From positions 1 to 38,773 of the forward strand of contig JBBRVL010000002.1 of assembly GCA_038246925.1 (NCBI GenBank): DNA of 38,773 bases, read 5' to 3'. This document shows, piece after piece, positions 9,332 through 16,065 of the stretch; the first letter of the stretch is position 1; each line of letters begins with the position of its first letter. Source of the DNA: Chloroflexia bacterium (GTDB taxonomy: Bacteria; Chloroflexota; Chloroflexia; QHBQ01; JADMIH01). The translations under genes and the position numbers were made by a program. The notes under the pieces were generated by a model. It worked only from the letters and a program-made list of their open reading frames with translations. It did not search any database and was not told the origin of the DNA.

Positions 9332-10102
9332 CTACCGCTCTTGTTTCTCGTCCACGTTCACTTTGGGGCCGAGGAACCTGGGCTGGTCGTTCATGAGGAT
9401 CCTAAACGCGTTACCTGCCAGGGCTATGTATTCACGGACCTCGTTGTAATCGGTGCGGTAGGCTTGACGGTCGGCTGCTACGCCTACTGCCTTCACGTTG
9501 AGATGGTTGCATGTGTGTAGCGCCCGTGGCAGGTGAAAGCGCTGCGTTACCAGCGTGGCCGCTTCCAGGCTGAATACTTCACGTGCCCTGTAGCAGCTAT
9601 CCCATGTGTTGAAGCCTGCGTAATCGAGCACGATATCTTCATCAGGCACACCCAGCTGCTGCGCCGTTTGACGCATCGCCTCGACCTCATTGTAGTTCAC
9701 CTCGCCGTTATCTCCGGTCATTAGCAGCTTGTTCACTTTGCCGCTATTGTAGAGGTCTGCTGCGGTGGCTACCCGGTCGTAAAGGATCGCGGAGGGTCCA
9801 CCCGCCCTGTTCAATCCGGCCCCGAAGACCAGCGCCACGTGATTTTGAGGCAGATTGGGCGAGTCGATCTCATAGATCAGGTCGGCTGTCTGCACGTCAA
9901 CCCACAGCTTGTAGGCGAAAGTGCTCAGAACTGTGAGCACTACAGCGCTCACGACAAGCCACACGGCCCGCTTGAACAGCAGGCCGAGTGTGCTCCGCCG
10001 TGATACGGGCTGGTGGTAGGCAAAGCGCCTCGGACCCATTTTGTGCGAGTCGGTTATGGGCGGCGGTCTGGTTGCTACGTACTTATGGTGCGGCCTGCTC
10101 AC
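9332..10102 (-). CDS. sanA: SanA/YdcF (DUF218) family envelope protein
   Basis: N-terminal TM anchor, then a DUF218 core: LVFGAGL...PSAILYDRV...LLMTGDNG...YNEVEAM...GVPDEDIVLDYAGFNTWDSCYRA. The start is uncertain: 10102 or the Met at MGPRRF. The 5' end overlaps the upstream gene's stop. Confidence 0.85.
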   Translation of the reverse strand: MSRPHHKYVATRPPPITDSHKMGPRRFAYHQPVSRRSTLGLLFKRAVWLVVSAVVLTVLSTFAYKLWVDVQTADLIYEIDSPNLPQNHVALVFGAGLNRAGGPSAILYDRVATAADLYNSGKVNKLLMTGDNGEVNYNEVEAMRQTAQQLGVPDEDIVLDYAGFNTWDSCYRAREVFSLEAATLVTQRFHLPRALHTCNHLNVKAVGVAADRQAYRTDYNEVREYIALAGNAFRILMNDQPRFLGPKVNVDEKQER

Positions 10103-11723
10103 TTTTCACCCTTTCCCATACATCGTCCATCTCTTCGATGCTCATCCCACTGAGCTTGTCGCCACCCTCTACAATTGCCTGCTCCATCGCAGTGAACCTG
10201 CCGATGAACTTATCATTGGCCCGTCGCAACGCCTCTTCCGTATTCACCCCCATCCATCGCCCGAGGTTCACCAGCGCGAAAAGCAGGTCGCCCAACTCCT
10301 CCGTTCTTTTCTTGGTGCTTTCTTCCGCTTCAAGCTCAGCTATCTCTTCCCGCACCTTATCGAATACATCCTTTACGTCAGACCAGTCAAACCCGACACG
10401 CGCAGCGCGCACCTGCAATTGTTGAGCGCGCTCCAACGACGGCATCGCCCTGGGGACGCTCAATAATAGTCCTGTGCCTTCGAGGCCCTGCTCGGCGGCC
10501 TGCGCGGACTCGAACTTGCGCCCTGCTTTCGCCTTGGCTTCCCTCTCTCCCGCCTTTATCACTTCCCAGTTCTTTATGACGTGATCCGCGCCCGTTACCT
10601 CGACATCGCCGAAGACGTGCGGGTGCCTTCTGATCAGCTTGCTCACGATATGTCCGACTACATCAGCGAGGGTAAACTCCTCATTCGACACCGCGAGTTG
10701 CGAGTGAAACACGACTTGGAGGAGCAAATCTCCAAGCTCCTCGGCAAGCGTATCCGGGTCGCCCGCATCCATCGCATCGACTGCTTCGTATGCCTCTTCG
10801 AGGAGGTGATGCTTGATGGAGTCGTGCGTTTGTTCGCGGTCCCACGGGCAGCCGCCCGGCCCTCGCAGCCTACCCATCACGTAAACCAGCGAGTTGAACT
10901 CTCTCGGTAGTTGGAGCGGCTCCAGGGGCGGGAGGTAAATGCACGCCAGGTGGTTGATGCCGTGCCCACGATCCATCTCCGTCAACGTGGTCTCTATGAC
11001 CTTTTCCTGTCCCGCCACGCCTGCATTAAGCACAACTCTGACAGGGTGTTCATCCGGGTACCGTTCCATCAGCATCAGCTTGCAAGCCGAAGCGACCCTG
11101 TCGTTATATACCTGGCAAATAAGCACGGGGTACATTGGAGAGAGGCCCGCGTTCGCGGAGAATGTTTCAGGGGCCATAGGCATCGAGTATGGGCTGAAGA
11201 GAAAAGGCTCTTCCGATTTTGGATTTTGGATTTTGGATTTTGGATTGTCTGTGCTGCTATTATCCCCACTGGTGAAGCTCGCTAGTTCTGTGCCGTCCAT
11301 AATTTGCAGGCCCCGCTCCAAAGGGTCTATTTCGAGCGCCGTGCATACTGGCTCTATGAAGGAAAGCCCCGACACAAGCCGTAGTTTCACGCCTCGCTCG
11401 GCTGCGTTAGCCCGTAAATGCCTGACTGAAGCCTCACCAATTGCGGGATGGCCGGGAACGCAGTAAATAACAGGGTCACGGCCCTTGACAGCCAGGGAAA
11501 CCAACTCTTCGGCTATCTGCCGGTATATCTCCTCGAACCGTGCTTCACGCTCGTAAAGGTAGTCGAACGTGCGCACGTCAAGATGGCCGGGGAGGTGGTC
11601 GGCGGTAGGGTGGGTCCTTGTGCGTAAGTAGATGGTGCTGGCTGCATCGAGGAGAGCTTTCACCTCGAGAGTAACCTGCTCCCAGGCTCCGGGGCCGAGG
11701 CCTGCGCATACGATTGTTGGCAT
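10083..11723 (-). CDS. YabN-like fusion: tetrapyrrole-methylase-fold domain plus MazG nucleoside triphosphate pyrophosphohydrolase
   Basis: The N-terminal part, IVCAGLGPG...VPGHP, is a methylase-superfamily fold. The C-terminal part has tandem MazG repeats: EEAYEAVDA...ELGDLLLQVVFH and EEIAELE...ELGDLLFALVNL. The start was chosen at MPTIVCAG (11723). The track ORF extends to 11816. Confidence 0.85.
   Translation of the reverse strand: MPTIVCAGLGPGAWEQVTLEVKALLDAASTIYLRTRTHPTADHLPGHLDVRTFDYLYEREARFEEIYRQIAEELVSLAVKGRDPVIYCVPGHPAIGEASVRHLRANAAERGVKLRLVSGLSFIEPVCTALEIDPLERGLQIMDGTELASFTSGDNSSTDNPKSKIQNPKSEEPFLFSPYSMPMAPETFSANAGLSPMYPVLICQVYNDRVASACKLMLMERYPDEHPVRVVLNAGVAGQEKVIETTLTEMDRGHGINHLACIYLPPLEPLQLPREFNSLVYVMGRLRGPGGCPWDREQTHDSIKHHLLEEAYEAVDAMDAGDPDTLAEELGDLLLQVVFHSQLAVSNEEFTLADVVGHIVSKLIRRHPHVFGDVEVTGADHVIKNWEVIKAGEREAKAKAGRKFESAQAAEQGLEGTGLLLSVPRAMPSLERAQQLQVRAARVGFDWSDVKDVFDKVREEIAELEAEESTKKRTEELGDLLFALVNLGRWMGVNTEEALRRANDKFIGRFTAMEQAIVEGGDKLSGMSIEEMDDVWERVKSEQAAP
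11215..11247. repeat. in-CDS heptamer repeat: GATTTTG x4 plus GATTG (CCAAAAT on the sense strand)
   Basis: The tandem 7-mers lie inside the yabN-like ORF and are translated as DNPKSKIQNPKSE in the inter-domain linker. The block is nearly identical to the intergenic block at 36133-36165. Confidence 0.9.
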
Positions 11724-11832
11724 GGATTTCGCTCTTTTCCAGGAGGTGGAATCTGCCGTCGCCACGTGGTGGGGCGGAAGCATCCTCATAATACCACGAG
11801 AGATGCCCGGCGGCAAAAGATTTATGGTTTCA

Positions 11833-11875
11833 CCGCAGAGGCGCGGAGAACGCAGAGTGGATTAGGATTAATTAG
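11833..11875. repeat. low-complexity block: CGCAGAG-like units followed by GGATTAG/GATTAAT
   Basis: The sequence is ccgcagaggcgcggagaacgcagag tggattaggattaattag, between the methyltransferase stop (11872-11874) and the yabN 5' region. The GATTAGG words also occur at 38056-38068. Confidence 0.5.
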
Positions 11876-13119
11876 CCGAGAACTACCGCGCTTTCTTTCA
11901 GGCTGAAGCCGTGGGAGGATGACCTTCTGGTCCGCATTACCCTCACTTCGGCGTGGTCATATCCCGCTATCTTGCCTAGCTCGGCTGCTAGGTCGGGGAC
12001 AGGTACCAATATGCCTGCATGGGCCGACTCACCCAGGATGAGGACTAGCTTTGCGCCGGGGGCGAGCATCGGCTTAACTGATTCCATCGCTCGGAGGAGG
12101 CCGCCGAAGTAGTTTCGCGTCATGCGCCCATAGTCCCAACCCCAGCCTTTATCCTCCAACTTGTCGTCTATAGCCTTCGAGACGGTTGCTATCGTAGGTA
12201 TCTCCTCAACGCGCTTCCAATCCTCGATCTCTTTGTAAGTGGCCTTGGTATCGCAAATCATCATCTTCTTGCGCAGCCTTTTCAACCCCTCCATGTCGCT
12301 CACGAAGCCGAGGAAAAATAGCTCCATACGCGTCTGCATGGTGTAATCGAGGTTGTTCAGGTAGGGCGGAGAGCCTATCGCCAGCGCCGCCGGGAGCAGT
12401 TCGTGTTCTAGCCCACCGCTTGCTCTCACGTCTCCTTCGACCACCTCGGCCCGCCCAAGCCCATCTTGCTCCTCAAGCCATTCGATATCGGCGATCATCT
12501 TCTTGAGTTTCTGCTCGAACATGCACATTACGGGTGCGTCGTGCTTTACCACACGCGATCCGAAGGCATGGGGCGACAGCTTCATGTTGCTCGCTCCCCT
12601 CAGCAACGAGGCCAGCGCCAGCATCGGCAAGTCGCGTACTCTCTCGCTCGTGTTCTCCCCGATACACTCGCGTAAAGCCAGGATTTTCCATACAACCCGC
12701 CGCGATATCCATTGTTCCAGCCTCGGCATATCGGGCAGATCGTCCACCAGCGAGAGAGGACCGGTATCGACCAATCTATCAAGAGCGGCATTGGCCTTTT
12801 TGAGCAGTGTTGCACTCTCCAACCGAAGCAGGGGCAAATCGAAATCCTCCCTCGCCTTGGTTCGACTCGCAAAACAGAGGAATGGGTTCACCTCTATACC
12901 CAGCGCATCGCACCCAGCCAACTTCGCCGCAACGAGAGTAGTGCCGGTGCCGCAGAATGGGTCGAGCAGCGTCTGGCCTTTGCGGATGCCGAACTCTGCA
13001 ATGGCATCGGTCACGAGGGGCGCCGAATAGGCCTCCGGCATAAGATACCAGTCATGGAGAGGCATGTTTTTGTTGAGGACAGCCGTAGTGGAAGCGAGCA
13101 TAAAGCGCTCCTCCTTCAT
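11872..13119 (-). CDS. SAM-dependent (S)PPY-motif methyltransferase, probable DNA N4-cytosine/N6-adenine MTase
   Basis: 415 aa. Motif I is LLDPFCGTGTTLV, near the N-terminus. Motif IV is GSPPY, mid-protein. No restriction endonuclease-like ORF is adjacent. Confidence 0.85.
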   Translation of the reverse strand: MKEERFMLASTTAVLNKNMPLHDWYLMPEAYSAPLVTDAIAEFGIRKGQTLLDPFCGTGTTLVAAKLAGCDALGIEVNPFLCFASRTKAREDFDLPLLRLESATLLKKANAALDRLVDTGPLSLVDDLPDMPRLEQWISRRVVWKILALRECIGENTSERVRDLPMLALASLLRGASNMKLSPHAFGSRVVKHDAPVMCMFEQKLKKMIADIEWLEEQDGLGRAEVVEGDVRASGGLEHELLPAALAIGSPPYLNNLDYTMQTRMELFFLGFVSDMEGLKRLRKKMMICDTKATYKEIEDWKRVEEIPTIATVSKAIDDKLEDKGWGWDYGRMTRNYFGGLLRAMESVKPMLAPGAKLVLILGESAHAGILVPVPDLAAELGKIAGYDHAEVRVMRTRRSSSHGFSLKESAVVLG

Positions 13120-13275
13120 ACCAGGTGGATTGGGTGAGCCTGATTATACTCTACTTGCCCTGGCAATTTCCAGCGATCTACTGATTAGATTCCAGAAATG
13201 AGGGGGAGATATTTATCTAATTAGGGCCATAACTACGTATAACGTCGTATCCTAGCCTCCAAAGACGCCATTTGC

Positions 13276-13305
13276 TTGACATACCATTGAGCACTGGCAT
13301 ATAAT
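13276..13305 (+). promoter_or_regulatory. consensus sigma-70-type promoter upstream of mreB (TTGACA-N18-TATAAT)
   Basis: TTGACA at 13276-13281 and TATAAT at 13300-13305, in an AT-rich 369-bp intergenic region. This predicts a leader of about 175 nt before the mreB ATG at 13489. Confidence 0.55.
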
Positions 13306-13488
13306 CTCAAGGCAGGGTCCAGCCTGTTTACTATATGCTGTCTAAGTTATATTATTAGCTTCTAAGTGCACCGTCGCCTTACGTGAAGCTTAGCCAATCA
13401 CGCAATACGTTTGCTTTTCAGTGAGTTTACTTATCTCCGAGCAAATAAACCGGTGGGTTACCGCTTGCCGTAAGGAGATCCAGACATA

Positions 13489-14559
13489 ATGATAGGCCCT
13501 TTGAACGCGTTGTTCGGCCTTTTCAGCCGCGACCTGGGTATCGACCTGGGTACAGCCAATACGTTAGTTCATGTGAGGGGTAAGGGCATCGTAGTGTCCG
13601 AGCCCTCTGTTGTTGCAATAGACAAGCGCACGCGCAAGCCCTACGCGGTCGGCGCTGAGGCTAAGGCGATGGTTGGCAAGACGCCGGGCTACATCGTCGC
13701 TATTCGCCCCCTCAAGGATGGCGTCATCGCCGACTTTGACATGGTCGAAACGATGCTCAAGCACTTCATCAAGAAAGTGCACTCGCAGGGTATAATGACA
13801 CCCAAGCCACGTGTCGTTATCGGCATCCCGTCGGGTGTGACCGAGGTGGAGCGCCGCGCTGCACACGACGCCGCTATCAACGCAGGCGCTCGTGAGGCAT
13901 ACCCTATAGAGGAGCCGATGGCCGCCGCTATAGGCGCCGGGCTTCCCGTGCAGGAACCGATAGGTTCGATGATAGTCGATATCGGTGGTGGCACCACCGA
14001 GGTTGCTGTCATCTCATTGGGTGGTATCGTGATCAACCACTCGATACGCACCGCAGGCGACGAGATAGACGAATCTATCGTATCGTACGCCCGCCGCGAG
14101 CACAATCTGCATATCGGTGAGCGCATGGCAGAGGCCGCTAAGATAGCCGCCGGGTCTGCCTACCCGTTGGACGAAGAGCTTTCTGTCACCCTGCGTGGCC
14201 GCGATGTAGTAACGGGCCTGCCCAAAGCAATAGATGTAAGCAGCGTGGAGCTGCGTGAGGCTATATCAGGGCCGGTATCCGAAATAATAGAAGTGGTCAG
14301 GACCGCGCTCGAAGAAACGCCTCCGGAGCTTGTAGCCGATATTATGCAGAACGGCATAACGCTGGCCGGTGGCGGCGCGCTCCTCAAAGGCATTGACCGT
14401 CGCCTCAGCATCGAAACGAAGATGCCTGTGTATATCGCCGAAGACCCCCTCACCTGTGTGGTGAGAGGTGCCGGCCGTATTGTCGAGGCGCTCGAGCAGT
14501 ACGATCGCATCTTGAAGTCGAGCGCACAGAACCGTCGAGCAGTTCTAGTACACAACTAA
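13489..14559 (+). CDS. mreB: rod shape-determining protein MreB
   Basis: 356 aa with the actin-fold motifs DLGIDLGTANTLV and DIGGGTTEVAVISLGG. AAGGAG RBS. Confidence 0.97.
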   Translation: MIGPLNALFGLFSRDLGIDLGTANTLVHVRGKGIVVSEPSVVAIDKRTRKPYAVGAEAKAMVGKTPGYIVAIRPLKDGVIADFDMVETMLKHFIKKVHSQGIMTPKPRVVIGIPSGVTEVERRAAHDAAINAGAREAYPIEEPMAAAIGAGLPVQEPIGSMIVDIGGGTTEVAVISLGGIVINHSIRTAGDEIDESIVSYARREHNLHIGERMAEAAKIAAGSAYPLDEELSVTLRGRDVVTGLPKAIDVSSVELREAISGPVSEIIEVVRTALEETPPELVADIMQNGITLAGGGALLKGIDRRLSIETKMPVYIAEDPLTCVVRGAGRIVEALEQYDRILKSSAQNRRAVLVHN

Positions 14560-14567
14560 TACTCATT

Positions 14568-14637
14568 GGGAATTATGAGTTTTGAATTAGACGGAAGCAA
14601 ACAATTCATAATTCAAAACTCATAATTCATAATTCCC
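14568..14637. repeat. heptamer-word inverted pair (GGGAATTATGAGTTTTGAATTA / complement)
   Basis: The left arm is 14568-14589. The right arm 14609-14627 is its exact complement for 19 nt, followed by an extra CATAATT unit and CCC (to 14637). It fills the mreB-mreC spacer. Confidence 0.9.
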
Positions 14638-14659
14638 AAAGGGTAATTGAACCATAATT

Positions 14660-15499
14660 ATGAAGCCGAAGGAACGCTCCCTCTCCTGGACGCGAACCCT
14701 CTATCTGCTGGTCGCACTTGTCCTCGTTAGTCTCGCTTTTATTCTTCTGAGCCAGGGCAGGCACCTCCAGCCGTTGGAGAGCGCGGCCAATACTGTTCTC
14801 ACTCCCATACAGCAGGCAGTGCATGACGCCACAGCCGGTGTTGGGGGTTGGATCGATGCTATCCGCCGCGTAAACGACCTCCAGGAAGAGAACCGCAAAC
14901 TGCGCGCAGCCCTCGACTCGGTTACGTCCGAGAACGTGCTTTACCAGGAATACCAGCGCGAGAACGAGCAGCTTCGCGCCATGCTCAAGTTCCAGAGCGC
15001 GCGACCTGAAATAAAAGCCGTGCTAGCCAGCAATATAGGTGGCGACCCGAGCGGCCTGCTTGAAATACTCACCATCGACAGAGGGACCGCAGCAGGTATC
15101 GATATTGGGATGGCGGTAGTAAGCCCGGGTGGTATCCTCGTTGGGCAGATCTCCGATGTAAAGGCTGATCGAGCCACTGTGTTGCTCATCACAGACGTCA
15201 AATCATCCATACCCGTGGCAACCCAGCGGATGCAAGTGCCGGGCGTAGTCGATGGGCAGTGGCAGAAAGGAGGGCGGCTTTTGATGCGCCATATCCCGCG
15301 TGACGCCGACGTAAAAGATGGCGACATCCTTCTTACCTCCGGCTTAAGCGGCGCGTTCCCCAAGGGAATAATCGTCGGGCAAGTATCAACTGCACCCCAG
15401 AGCGACGTTCAAATGGAGAAAGAGGCAGAGGCATATCCGCTCGTCCAACTAAACGCTCTCGAAGACGTGCTTGTAATCACCAGCGGCGCTGAGAAGTAG
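14660..15499 (+). CDS. mreC: rod shape-determining protein MreC
   Basis: 279 aa with an N-terminal TM anchor and a coiled-coil (LQEENRKLRAAL). The MreC beta-barrel region contains GMAVVSPGGILVGQI and LLTSGLSGAFPKGIIVGQV. Confidence 0.92.
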   Translation: MKPKERSLSWTRTLYLLVALVLVSLAFILLSQGRHLQPLESAANTVLTPIQQAVHDATAGVGGWIDAIRRVNDLQEENRKLRAALDSVTSENVLYQEYQRENEQLRAMLKFQSARPEIKAVLASNIGGDPSGLLEILTIDRGTAAGIDIGMAVVSPGGILVGQISDVKADRATVLLITDVKSSIPVATQRMQVPGVVDGQWQKGGRLLMRHIPRDADVKDGDILLTSGLSGAFPKGIIVGQVSTAPQSDVQMEKEAEAYPLVQLNALEDVLVITSGAEK

Positions 15500-15503
15500 C
15501 TTC

Positions 15504-15547
15504 GGGAATCATGAATTTTGAGTTATGAATTACAAAACCCAAAATCC
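15504..15547. repeat. G-type heptamer block (GGGAATCATGAATTTTGAGTTATGAATTA) plus CAAAACC/CAAAATC
   Basis: The first part is a variant of the left arm at 14568-14589. It is followed by CCAAAAT-family words. It fills the mreC-mreD spacer, and no complementary arm is present. Confidence 0.7.
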
Positions 15548-15555
15548 TGAGACAG

Positions 15556-16065
15556 ATGGTCTATCTTGCGCCCGTAATCTTGTTTATAGCCGCTCTGGTG
15601 CAGTCGGTGGTGCTACCCCAGGCTGTGCCTATATCGGTACGACCCAACTTCGTGGTGCTGCTGGTTGTTTCAGTCTGCCTGGTCGAAGGGCTGTATGACG
15701 CTACGATATGGGGTTTCGTGGGTGGTATCATGCTCGACCTGATGAGCGGGCCGGCCTTTCCGCTTGGGGGTAATGCGCTAATCCTGGTCCTTGTGGCTTT
15801 GCTGTCAAGCATGGGCCAGGCGAATCCGTTTCACAGCATGTTCTTTGTGCCGCTGGTCACTATCTTTGGGGCCACGGTCTTTTATCATATTATGACGATG
15901 GGCCTTTTGACTGCTACCGGGCGCGTAGAACCTGCGTTCGTAGATAACATGTTGCGCGTGGCCCTTCCGGGGGCTTTACTTAACGTCATTTTGATGCCGG
16001 TCGCCTATAGCTCGATGCTCTGGATGAGTGAGAGAATAGGCCGGAGGGTAAGGGTAGAATGGTAG
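15556..16065 (+). CDS. mreD: rod shape-determining protein MreD
   Basis: 169-aa polytopic membrane protein between mreC and mrdA. It overlaps the mrdA start by 7 nt. Confidence 0.85.
   Translation: MVYLAPVILFIAALVQSVVLPQAVPISVRPNFVVLLVVSVCLVEGLYDATIWGFVGGIMLDLMSGPAFPLGGNALILVLVALLSSMGQANPFHSMFFVPLVTIFGATVFYHIMTMGLLTATGRVEPAFVDNMLRVALPGALLNVILMPVAYSSMLWMSERIGRRVRVEW

Noticed and set aside
8979-9449. Plus-strand ORFs 8979-9449 and 9011-9223 across the Uma2/sanA junction
   Set aside because: They overlap the minus-strand Uma2 reading frame, whose two halves together reconstruct a full-length family member. They show no motifs and span an intergenic promoter region.
13143-13166. Minus-strand promoter for the methyltransferase (TATAAT complement at 13143-13148 with TTGCCA complement at 13161-13166)
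   Set aside because: The spacer between the hexamers is only 12 nt, too short for a functional sigma-70-type promoter.
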